NCBI GenBank assembly: GCA_051362555.1
Contig: CM120642.1
Location: 14,074,001 to 14,138,000, forward strand
Source: Lingula anatina
Taxonomy: Eukaryota > Animalia > Brachiopoda
Length of the DNA: 64,000 bases
Reading direction: 5' to 3'
Part shown: positions 1 through 11,750 of the stretch, one piece after another
How the letters are laid out: each line of letters begins with the position of its first letter
How positions within the stretch are numbered: the stretch's first letter is position 1
Translations under genes and position numbers: made by a program
The notes under the pieces: generated by a model
Database searches by the model: none
What the model was told of the DNA's origin: nothing
What the model saw: only the letters and a program-made list of their open reading frames with translations

Positions 1-682
1 TTTGGAACATAACACTGCTGTCTGCTGATATCACTCATCAAAACAACTAGGGCAAATATCATTAGTTTATCGTTATATAAAACTAAAAATTTATACTTTC
101 CTTCACTCACTTTTGTTGGAAAAAAATAATTCCTCGTGTCATTGAAATTTATATTTTGATCTGTAAGATTACTATGTGGAAATGAATAGATCTATTATGA
201 ACTGGCTACTGTTTCTTAACTTTATCTTTGATAACCAAAAACATGATATGAGAAATGATCCAAATAAGCCACATCTTTTTTTTGAAAATTCTAGTATGCA
301 GGTATCAACATTGGTCCTATACACAAGAGAGACATTATGAAGGCATCTGCCATGTTGGATCACGATAGTCAGTAAGTGGAAAACAATCACAGTCATATTA
401 TATTGGCATAATATCACTATTGTTTTAGTTGAAATCAGTTTATGAATATGAAAAGTTTCATAAATTTGATAGTGATTGGCTGGTTGGTTCGAGAAATGCC
501 AGCATCACAGCCAAAATGCCTTTTTAAGAGATTGATTTTTATTGAAAATTGCATTAAGCTAATATGGCCTTTGGCTTGTAGGGCTGAAATTCTGGTAATG
601 ATTTTTTCAAGTATAATTCAGGAGAAGCATAATAACTTTTTTATATAAGTGTTATTAATTGTTATTTATTTATTTATTTCAG

Positions 683-986
683 ATATGCAGTAGTTTTAGC
701 ATTTGATGTTAAAGTGGACAGAGATGCACAAGAGATGGCAGACAGTCTGGGTGTGAAAATCTTCTCTGCAGACATCATCTACCATTTGTTTGATCAGTTC
801 ATGGCCTACAGAGAAGAACTGAAAAAGAAGAAACAAGATGAGTTCAAACATATAGCTGTGTTCCCCTGTAAACTCAGGATTTTACCGCAGTTTGTATTCA
901 ACAGTCGCGACCCTATTGTGTGTGGAGTCCAGATCGAGGCTGGTTTTATTAAAGAGGGGACACCATTATGTGTACCTAGCAAAGAA
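683..986 (+). CDS. EIF5B: Eukaryotic translation initiation factor 5B, internal coding exon (gene begins upstream of the window)
   Basis: Acceptor tttcAG at 681-682 and donor GTaagt at 987. Translates YAVVLAFDVKVDRDAQEMADSLGVKIFSADIIYHLFDQF...HIAVFPCKLRILPQFVFNSRDPIVCGV...GTPLCVPSKE, closely matching the metazoan eIF5B domain III/IV region. Confidence 0.96.
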
Positions 987-3900
987 GTAAGTTTACGAAG
1001 TCAGTGTTGTAGTCCATCCTAATTTTTCTTGCAATTTAAGAAACTTTAGACATTTTCCTTTCAAAAAGTTACAGATATTTTTTCTTCTTTTTTCTTCTTA
1101 CTTTCCAATGTGCAGTATGTGAAGTATTATCCAGAACCATTGCAGGCTTACTGCAATTTGTATGACAAGCATTGCTTAAGAATCCCGACTTTTAACTCGT
1201 TTAGTTTTACGTTATTTTGATACAAATAATGGACTTAACAAATCTACAAAGATGACACATTGCATTCTCTTCCCTACCACTGGTACTGGCCACTGATGTT
1301 TCACCTCATTTTACACTAAAAAAACTTGTCCTGTCAGTGGACAAGTGCAACATCAGTTATCAACCCACAGGAGGACTTTGTCACCATAGTCCTTCAAGAT
1401 TTGTGATGATTGAGGTCCACTCATAGATTCAAACAATATTTAACATCAGTGTTTTAATCCAGCATACACATGCGCATAGCCTTCTCCACGAGTTCTAATA
1501 TCTGTAAGCTTTATGCATATGTAGAACATAATATATAGAGAATATTTTGAATTATCTCTACTGGGAGCAGATACTTTTGTTATATATATGGCTACATTGA
1601 TATAATTTGGTTAGAGCAAGGTTTAAAGGGAAATTCCGACAGCTGATACTATTAATGCTACTGAAGTTAATGTACAATAGCTGTATGGAATGCCTTAGTC
1701 AAGGGAGAAAGGAAAGGAGGGAGAATTTCTGCAATTATCACAAGTAAAATGAAGATGTTTGAAGGAAGTTCTTGTTTTAAGTAAATTCCTCGCTTTGACC
1801 CCCAGGTTGCTCCATCCGACCAACATAAATGCTCTCTTTGAAAATGTTGTGGTTAGGAATTCTTCAACCTTTCCCCATTTCCTGGTGCCTTGTTTTCCCT
1901 GGCATGGTTCATTAGGTGCACTCTGTTAGTTTATGGACCAAATCATGCCATCTCTGCATTGAAGGTAGCTTCTGCATAGGTGGTTTCCCCTAGGTTTTGG
2001 CAACATCTCTGTTTTTTTTTTTTTTTTTTTTTTTTTAATTCTGTGTTACTTTAGTTACTTAATGAAGTTAGCCCCTATTTAAATATTACTGACTTGGAGT
2101 TATTGCATTCTTAGAGTTGGAGTCACTATGATGGTTTTCTTCATTGGTTTCAATGCTTTATTGAGATGGCCATGGATGCATGGTTGCTGAAAGAAAAAGG
2201 GGAGCAGTACAATTAAATGTTAACATTGAATAAGAAAAAAGCAATTTTGCAAAAATGGAAAAGTAATATCATTTTGTGCATGTGCTATGTCTTTCATTCT
2301 TGCAATTACTTCCTGATGCAAAGGTGTGCATTCTTTTGTTTGTGGGTGCCACTGGGTGGGCATTCTCTCACAAGGATGCTAATATGCTTCTTGCCATATA
2401 GCAAGTGACTGTAAACACTTACATCGTGAAGTGTGTCCAAAGGATGGGGAAATGACCATTTAAACAGACAGCTGTATTACTGAAAAATCACAGTGTATCT
2501 GGGACGGTGGGAGTCCAGGCAATCAACCATTTTGGTCCTCTGATGACCACCGAGTCCAATTTTCTGGGTCAGAGTTATCCGTGCGTTTGCGAGAGCTCTG
2601 TTGTTGTTTCCCGCTGACCCAGGGGGAAATGTATCCCTTCTCCAGACATGACTTTTGATTGGACGATGTTGTGCACTACGCCATTCACTGCAGAGCAAGG
2701 GCAGGCTGCATGAGGAGGTGGTTTGGACATCTGGTTCTTATGCTTCAGCTGATAAAAGAAAATTTCTATTAATTACCAGGTCAGATTAGACAAATAAGTT
2801 TTGTTTTCTTATCCAATCAATGTAAATTGAAGCAGCCTATCTAAACTACAGGCAGAAAAGGATTGTTTGAATATAAAAAAGGCTTTTTAAATCTCCTTTT
2901 CTCAAATGCAGTTAATTCAGTAAAAAAAAAGCTAGTCTGTACCCCAAGTCCATTTCTCTCCATCTCTCTCTCTATCTCTCTCTTTCTGAAACGGGAAATT
3001 AGTAATTGGCGGAGAACTTCTTTTTTCATCTGTTTTCAGTGATTTTTTTTTCTCTTTTTGCTAGAATTTCACATGGAACACTTCTTGTTTTTTTTCTCCC
3101 CAGCCAGCTGGTACTTTTAACCAGTAAACAAGGAACTGCGTGTAAGGTTGCTAACCTTACACAACTGATTAGCCAAATGTTGCAATGCACCGTAAACTTT
3201 TTCCTTTCACCAACAGAAAATATCACCACTGAAACTTAAACCAACAGCAAAGAATTCTCCATGGAGTTATTACAAATCTTTCCAAATTCCTGTTGATTTT
3301 TTCCTCCATAAGCCATAAAAAAAAGCACCATGGCAGAAACCCAAACTGACTGCAAGGGATGTCTCACTGATGGTTTCTGGTTGTAATTCTTCCATTCATT
3401 GACTAATGTTAGTGTAGGTACATGCTTAACTGAATTGAAGTCATGTGTTTTGCTTGTTTCCAACTCGTCGGCTGCAGTGGTGGCCACAAAATGTTTTCAC
3501 TTGGATTTCCTGTTTCTTGGGGTGCTGGTGGCTTGATATTTTTGTTTTCTTAACAGGATAACTTTTTTCTTCTCTATTTATGTCCTTTTTTCCTGGACAA
3601 ATATTGAAATAATGTGGTTTCTGTACGTCGAGTATATAGTTTTTTAAAATAGGAAGTTTAAACAGTTTTTTTTTTCCTATTTATAAAACAGTCGTGCCCC
3701 CCCTCCATGCACAAATGTTTACTTCTGGACTTTTCCACCCAGTTGTTGCCATGCCCCTGTCTGTGTGTTTGTGTTGCTAGCAAGCACAGGAAATAACAAA
3801 TTCTCATATAATGCTGGTACAGGACAGTAAATCATAACCATTGCCTCTGTGTCGGGTGATGAACTTATTTGACAATCCAGGGAAGTTTGATACAATGTTA

Positions 3901-4606
3901 CAAATATTTCTTCTTTGTTTTATCCTCAATTGATGAGACTTAAACAGGAATTGTTGTGCCACAGGTAACGAGATGTCAGTAAAGTTATTGCAGGTGACTG
4001 TAACAATGTTTGAAATGTATATTTTTAAATTTTACATTTCTTTGACACTGATTTTGTTTTCATACCTCACTATTGACCACCTTAGCAGACTTTTATTCTC
4101 CTTCTTATTACTAGTTTTACGCCAAATCATTATGAAAGTAGCCCCCAAAAATATATTTTATGTATTTTGCAGCCCACTATATTTTTATCAGCTTCAGTGA
4201 AAAGTCATACGCATTTGGCAGAAGTATCATAAATATTGCACATGCACACACACACACACACTCACAAATGCCAGCATGAGTCTTTCTAAATTCACCTGGT
4301 CACATATGTAGTATGTTACATCGCATGGTTACCAACTCAAACCATTGAAGTGTATTCTGGACAATATGACCACTTATCTTGTAGATTTATTTAATTGCTC
4401 AGGTTTATTTAACCTTTACTATTACAAAATTACACAACTATTCAAACTATATCTCATGTTCGATATATTATCCATGGCCTTAGCTCCGACAGAAGTGACT
4501 TCTGATTCTGGTACATTATTTTTAAGCATCTAGTCAAGCCAAAAAATATATATACATATTTAAAAAACATTAAGTTAGAGTTACAAGTTTTTTTTTACCA
4601 TTTCAG

Positions 4607-4768
4607 TTCCTAGAGGTAGGTCGCATCTCTAGTATAGAATACAATCACAAGCCAGTAGAGAGTGCTAGGAAAGGACAGGAAGTTTGCATCAAGATAGAGA
4701 ACATCCCGGGAGAAACTCCCAAACTTTTTGGGAGACATTTTGATGAAACCGACTTACTAGTCAGCAAG
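4607..4768 (+). CDS. EIF5B: eIF5B penultimate coding exon (162 nt, phase 0)
   Basis: Acceptor tttcAG at 4605-4606 and donor GTaagt at 4769. Translates FLEVGRISSIEYNHKPVESARKGQEVCIKIENIPGETPKLFGRHFDETDLLVSK, in frame with both neighbouring exons. Absent from the ORF track. Confidence 0.95.
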
Positions 4769-7700
4769 GTAAGTAGGCAATATCATGAAGATGGGTTTAA
4801 GATTTAGCCATCAAGATGACAAAGGAAAAGAAATGGATTCTTAAGTTTTGTTTAGTGCTAGTTATATTGGTCTGAATCTGTTGCTTTTGTATTATGTCAA
4901 AATCATTTGAAATATTTAATCTTAAGAGTTCCTCAGCCCTTTATGTTGAATATGACATAAACATGCTTTTTTTTTATAAAAGAATGAGAATTTATTGATT
5001 CATGTGCCAACTTTGTATGACATGCAAGTCATGGGCAAGTGTCGGTCAAAGAAGATGAAAGTGTCAAGATATATTCATAGAGTGGGGGTTACCTAGGCGC
5101 CCCACCGAGCTTCAGAGCTTCATTTCTTGTGAATTCATTTGGTTGCCTGGTGGCACATTTTACCTGTATAAAAAGTCCTGTCTGAAATCTCCTCTGAACA
5201 CTGCCATTGATGATTTGATTCCTTATCAAACATGTTTCAAATTACAGTGTCACTCTTTTTCATTTTATGCATCCATTTCAGCTTAATTTGAAATTTGGTA
5301 AGCTTTTTACTAATATCCGGAACATTGGTCTCAGCTTAGCGGACATATTTTGATCATTTTCTTTGACAAAAGGGTAAATGGTTCTTCAGTTTCAGGGTAC
5401 ATGTGAGATTTTCTTTGGCAACTCTTCCATGCCAAGAAGTTGTAGTTTCCAGATGGTAGATTTCCCAGCAATATTAAGATGATACTCTTTTGCGTCACTG
5501 ATAACAAGATGGCCGCCTACAAAATAAGCTCATCCTGTTGACCCAAGATTTCTCCTGTGTTTTTGTGGCACCTTGTTGTCTTTTGTAGGTGGTTCTTTGC
5601 TTTAGGGCAAGCCAGGGTGGAAAATTGAGTTACCCAGGTTGTTGTGCCAGTGTGGCATCTTGATTTCTTTCCTTACTTTTTCTCTTAAAAAAATGTTTGA
5701 ATATTACACGATTATATAAGAAATGTTTTAAGACTTACTGCATTTTGGTTCCAAGTTGTTTATCTCCACCTGCAAAACCAGGTGAGATTGTTGCCATTCC
5801 TCAGAAAAAGTGCGAATTAAAACATTCAAGGTGATTCTCTTATTGGACAAAAAAAAAAAAAAGAAGGTTACCTTCTCTAAGTCAACAACACAGAAATCTG
5901 ACCAGCAATTAAAGGGAAATGCTACGCAAACACCAAAAATTAGAAAGTGTTTTTTTGAGATGGAATAAACCAGCTGTAATGGCAGGAGACCAATTTCAAG
6001 ACTGCAAGACATTAATGTAACCCTGACCAGCTCTGACCAGTGATAGAAATAAAGAAAGGGATTAAAACCCTGTTCAAAGCCAGACTAACTTACCAGGAGA
6101 CCAGTTTTGACACTGTTAAGCACTGTTGCTGCCTGGTGACATCATTTGACCTTTTTTTCATGTTCTAAGTTAATCCACTCGTGAACACGGACATAGGTGA
6201 ACAGTTGTACTTTTCAAAATAGGAAATTCTCAGCACATTGCAATTGGTCTCCATGAAGCCAATTACCAAGTAGCACGTTTTGGGGATTTTTCCCAGAGTT
6301 TTAAAAGAAGATAACTTAACATGATTTGATAAGCTGTACAAAAAGGGGGAAACGCATGCTCCCACCTGTTACACTGGTATTGTTGTTTAGCTGCGAGAAT
6401 CGGGTTTCCAATGCCTTATATAGTAATTATGGAGTGCATTAGTTCTAAATGGTTTAAAGAAAAGAATCAGCCACACATTGTATTGAATAAAATAGAAGGA
6501 AAGTAATTTTGATATTAAGGAAAAGAAATGCACAGGATTTCTCAAAGATTATGTGCTTGGGTGAAGGTTTCGTATTCAAGAACAACTGACACAAATTAAA
6601 TGGGAAAATTGGTATTTTTGGGGGTTTGGTACATTTTTGAAAATTACACTGTTGCCTGCAGGAAACAGAAGAAAATTATGCGATGAAAGTTGTGAAAATT
6701 GACCGATTCTTTTGTACCTCTTGGTCATTAGCTTTTCCTTATTAACCAGAATTGACCATTTAAGTAACAAAATAGACAGGTTAACAAGAGCAAGCTGCCA
6801 GTGTGTGAAGTGCTATAACTCCCTGGGATGGTTCACCTGTTCTCTTGCTTGGAGCACTTTCAACCTGGCATGGGAACTCGCACCTCCGTGGCCTGACCCC
6901 AACCACCTCCCACCCCAGGCCCACTTTTCACCTTAGCAGGACGGCTCAGAAATGTGTGAACAATCGACAAATAGTTCTTTTCCCAGAGGACATTTTCACA
7001 GATTGTTAACATTGTCTTGAGGTTGAGAAAAAGCAGTGGACTTCGAACACCCCCTAGACTTATGGGGCTATCCTCCGGTTTTCGGCCAGATGAAAGGGCT
7101 GCTCTCTTTGACGTCCAGACAAGGTGTAAAGAACATTTCCTGGACATCACGTTCACCTGTGTGAGAATGAAAAAGAAATACTTGTAAAATTTGAAGTGAG
7201 AAAGGTTAACTCTATTGCAAGTACACCAGGTAGGGCTCTGGTCAAATAGACCTAAGCTGGTATTTATATACCCTGGAATCCAATAATAATCTGGAAATAA
7301 AATACTGATATACCTTTGAGAAAGGTTGACTCTGAAAGGTTGAAATATTATTCATCTGTTTGGTACAAAAACATGTTATAAACCAGACTGTATTTTATGC
7401 TCATGAGAGAGTTTACCTAAAGGTGGAAGAGCAGTCATATGTGAGTGTTGCACCTCACAGACCAGGTAAATGTGTCTCTAGCTGTGGCACATCCTTAAAC
7501 AGGTGTCCCAGGTGCTAGGAAAAAAAAGGGAATAGATGTGACCTCTGCAGCAGGCACATGTGACCCCCAACAGTTGCACTCAAGACAAGGAACAGGTGCC
7601 TCACTACACATGCTGCACTGTTTACTCTCTTTACTTGCTTATAGCAAGGGACCTTCTGTTTTTCTGCATCAGTGTTCAGTTTTTTTTTTTTGTTTTTTTT

Positions 7701-9307
7701 TTTTTTTTTTTTTTTTGTTTTTTTTTTCTATGAAACTCTGGGTATAATTTTAAGCATTGAAGACTTTCATGTGGATGAAAGCCCCTGATCTTCCATCTTT
7801 CTAAAAATCTGACCTTTTAGTGGTCAAAATGAAGGTGGATTATTTCTTATTCCCTTTAACGTATGTGTTTGTGTTTGGCACACAAGTGAGGAGGCACATT
7901 TTAAGAACCTATGTTTTTCACATGCCTGTCAAGCTGTCGGTATAGCTAAAGCTTGCACGTCATTAAGTCACTTGAAGTCTCCTCTGGAAATGGCTTAATT
8001 AATATGTAGGCTTATTAGATGGAAAGCAAAGTGATAACAAGTTTACATGGAAAACCAAGTCAATCAAAGTAATTAGGGATGTCCGTGTTAGCAAGAGAAT
8101 TGTGTCAGTTCCTGGAAATGTGGCCAATCCGTTGGCTTTCTCGTCAAAATCTTTGGCAAAACATCCTGTGCATTTCAGCCATTCTTAGCAGCCACTGCTG
8201 GGTGAGGTTTGTGGGATTGGCTGCGCAGCTTTTCATTGATGAAGAAATAACACAAGTTGTGGAGTGATCATAGCGTTTTCAAAGAAATGGAGCAAATGTC
8301 AATAATGTTGTTGGAACAAGACGAAAGATTGCCAATGTAGAAATCGAACACTCTTTCCATGAAAAGAGGAATAAGGATTTTCAACTGATGAAAAAGACCT
8401 TGTACATGGATCAAAAAGAACAATTTTTCTTTTTTTTTTTATTTCAATCAGCTTTGACAACAGCAACATTAAATTTCAAATGAATTCCTATTTCATGGTA
8501 TCAAACTTGCTCTGTTTTTCCAATAGATGGCATTGGATTAAGTTTATATTGCTAATGATGTTGGTATCTGTTGTTGTTTTACAGTAATGTCCACATTGTA
8601 AAAGAAAAAACAGTTAAATTTTAATATCCATGACATTATAAACAGTTACTTGACCACATGTGGTCAGCCTAACCAGGTAGTGGACACGATCACAAAGGTC
8701 ACTGCTTAGCTGGTTACACCTGTGATGTCACTGCCACTGTTTCAGAACTGGTTGGTCTTTTACATTGCATCTGCAGACTTCAAAAGATTGTGGTGTACAA
8801 ACTACATCAACTATTGATATCTTTGGCACCACTATAATGAAATATATATATATATATATATAAGTGCTACTCACATTTATAAATGGCATTCTTTTATTAC
8901 CCTTGTCTCAGTATCCTAGTATTTAATGTTCTGTAAATGAACAGTAATTTTGTAAGTGCATTTCCTCTTCTTAATGTGCACTGCCTGGCCATATCTGTAC
9001 CTTGTTGGTGCCTTACACTGATTTCCTCAATGAAAAGGTCATAAAAATCCCTAAGTTATATAGTTGTAGTGTGTTCATTTTCAGTGCTTTAACTGTCCAA
9101 GTTTTACTTATTATTGGACACGCGTTTTATGTTTCCAAAAGCTTTTATATTTGTGTATTAGTGTTTTAGTAATCTATGCATATTCATGTTTGATTTCTTT
9201 CAACTTGAAGGACCATACCTTTCCATTAAGCCATTGATAATTTCCAACACTAAGTACAGATACGTTGACAAGAGATGCTGCTGTGTATTGATCTATTTCT
9301 CAATTCT

Positions 9308-9530
9308 ATATCAGCAATATTAATCAGAGTATTATAAATAAATTATATTGCAAACACATCTGTAAAGATCAACTAAGACAGATTAAAAGTCCCCGAGCTT
9401 AGGCCTGTGTGCATATCAATAATAAATATAATAGTATAATAAATAAATTATATTGCAAACTTACATATAAAGATCAACTAAGACAGATTCAAAGTCCCCG
9501 AGCTTAGGCCTGTGTGCCTTCTTCTGGGAC
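9308..9530 (-). repeat. ~105 bp tandem duplication in the last eIF5B intron; possible Penelope-like element terminus
   Basis: Two copies of ataaataaattatattgcaaac...aaagatcaactaagacagatt.aaagtccccgagcttaggcctgtgtgc at 9334-9412 and 9439-9517. The second copy runs on into cttcttctgggac. Confidence 0.7.
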
Positions 9531-9994
9531 CAAATTAAGAATAAACAAGCACACTACTAGGATACGTAACATAGGTTATTGGTAAAAGACATGCAAAGTT
9601 AAAAGTACGTGATAAAGGTGAACGTCATGAAGATTACGTAACATAAAACAAGATTAATATTCGTTGAGGAATCCATTGTCTCTCTGATGAATCCTACACC
9701 AGTACAAGAAACACTAGCGCTATGTAAAATAATGTCATTTCATGTCTGTTCACATTTACTCCAGATAACTGTTCTACCACAGGCATTTCCCATTAACTCC
9801 ATTAAAGACCAAAACAATCCATCTTGTTGCTTTTTCCAGCTCTTGGGATTTATCTGTTGTCCTCTCTCAACTCGGGAATGTTACATCAGAATTTTTTTTA
9901 ATATGTGAAACAGTGATCCTTCTGTACTTTCTTTTAGGATATATTAAATCCTAAGCATGCTCAGTGACTTTTGTAAGATTACACAAAACTGGTT

Positions 9995-10294
9995 CATTAC
10001 CTCCACCAAGGAGGTTATGTTTTGGTTCTGTTAGTCTGTCTGCCTGTCTGCCTGTCTGTTAGCAACATTACAGAAAAAGTTATGGACCGATTTTGATGAA
10101 ATTTTCAGGAACTCTCAGAAGTAGGCCAAGGAACAGATGATTAGTTTTTGGTGGTGATCTGGATCATTAATCAATCAATAATCAATAATCAAAAAACTAA
10201 ATCATTATAGAATGAAAATTAAGGGGTGAAACGGCAATAGGTGGAGACTTTGCTGCCTTGGTGGAGGTCTGTGCTCTCGTAGTGCTTTTCTAGT
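9995..10294 (+). mobile_element. Non-autonomous Helentron/DINE-1-like (HINE) element
   Basis: Subterminal inverted repeats acctccaccaagg (9999-10011) and ccttggtggaggt (10256-10268), a (TCTG/CCTG)n microsatellite after the 5' subTIR, a short imperfect 3' hairpin and a CTAGT end. This is the standard HINE architecture. Confidence 0.8.
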
Positions 10295-10597
10295 CTTATT
10301 GATATTTTCAGCTTGGCAGCATCAGACTATGCAGATATTTACCTGTCTTATATATGTGGTCTTATGTTTTTTGCCTATCTTAGATAATCAACTATCCATC
10401 CATTTACCTTACCCTGGTCTCCCCCCCCCCCCCCCACCCCCCACTCTTCCACCTGAATAGGTGGCAAAAACAAGGTAGCCTTTGCATAGAGAAGGAAAAA
10501 AATCAGTCCAATCCTCAATTTTTCCTAATAAGACCCTGTATCCATCCTTATAATGTATAGATCTCAATCTTTAAACTGTGATTTTTTGTTCTTTCAG

Positions 10598-10705
10598 ATC
10601 TCCAGAGAGGCCATTGACGCTGTTAAAGATTATTTCCGCGATGAAATGACAAAGACTGACTGGCAGCTGATGGTGGAACTGAAGAAAGTTTTTGGCATCT
10701 TGTAA
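10598..10705 (+). CDS. EIF5B: eIF5B terminal coding exon
   Basis: Acceptor ctttcAG at 10596-10597. Translates ISREAIDAVKDYFRDEMTKTDWQLMVELKKVFGIL followed by TAA (10703-10705), matching the conserved eIF5B C-terminal helix. Confidence 0.95.
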   Translation: MSREAIDAVKDYFRDEMTKTDWQLMVELKKVFGIL

Positions 10706-10741
10706 CACTCCCATACAACTGGAAAGCACGCTTTTCTTTGA

Positions 10742-10747
10742 AATAAA
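10742..10747 (+). terminator. Candidate proximal polyadenylation signal of eIF5B
   Basis: AATAAA 36 nt after the stop codon, followed by a GT-rich tract (ggggttgttgctgg). Confidence 0.4.
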
Positions 10748-11352
10748 GTAAAAACTGGGGTTGTTGCTGGGGCATGAATGATGTAAGGTGAAGCTGAAGG
10801 TTTCTTGTGCAACTCTAAAGAGTGATTTGAAAACTTAATTATTTATTTTATTTAATTAATATTTATTATTTAGTTAATTATTATTATTATTTTTTTTTTT
10901 TTTGACGTCTTTATATAGGTCTTAGTTTCTTGTCATTGGAAGTGATTGATATTTTCAACAAAGAAAGAAAATTGTAAGAAAACTTATTTCTTACTGAAAG
11001 ATAGCAGTCTTGAATGGACAGTCATTCATTAATTTCTTAAAAGGGTCTGCTATGCTACCTCCATCGTGGGCTTTTGTTTATCCTTACTGAGATTTGAATA
11101 TTTGAAGTAAATTGTTCATTTTGTCATTTTCTATGCATGATCAATTTCCCACTGATCGAACAGCACTACTGTAATAGAAAAGGACAGCCCAAAGCAAATA
11201 CTATGGTTTATTTTCATTATTTTTTTTTTGCATCTTAATGAATTTATATGCCTCTCTGAGAAGCTGCTCTTGTATTGCTCACAAACATTTAAGTGCTGAA
11301 GAGAGCCCCTAGTTTTCTTTTTGTCAAATTGTTCTTCAAGAACATTTTCAAG

Positions 11353-11358
11353 AATAAA
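11353..11358 (+). terminator. Candidate distal polyadenylation signal of eIF5B
   Basis: AATAAA ending an AT-rich 3' UTR-like stretch, close to the compositional switch to CpG-rich DNA. Confidence 0.45.
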
Positions 11359-11460
11359 AAGGTTGGTGTCTTGAAAGACATACCATTAGAGTGCTATTAT
11401 ATAGCAGATATTGTAATTATCTTCATATGTGCAAACAGGGCATGAAAAAAAGCTGAAAAT

Positions 11461-11750
11461 AGGGGCTAGTTTCACAAAAATATGTGGCTATAACCCAAAA
11501 ATTTGTCTAAATATTGATGACCAAAAATTGAGTGTATGTTCACCAAGATGAATCAGTAGTGGTCCTATTAAAAGAAATATTGCGCCTGTTGTTTTATAAC
11601 GGAAAGACAGTTAATTTTGCATACCAATATGATATCTTTTTAGATGGAACTATTTAGAGTTTAGCTTGAACCGAAGTGGACCTTGTTTTTGGTCTAAGAG
11701 TTAATAAGCCTCATTTTCGGGATATAGCTCTCTTGTGCAACTCGGTCTCT
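11461..11750. mobile_element. Degenerate MITE
   Basis: Left end ctagtttcacaa...gctataacccaaaaat resembles the reverse complement of the right end (cgagttgcacaa...gctatatcccgaaaat). Confidence 0.45.

Noticed and set aside
714-1022. ORF-track 102 aa ORF treated as a standalone gene
   Set aside because: It is eIF5B exon 683-986 read from an internal GTG and running on into the intron.
9680-9715. CTGATGA...GAAAC as a plus-strand hammerhead core
   Set aside because: No convincing stem II or flanking stems.
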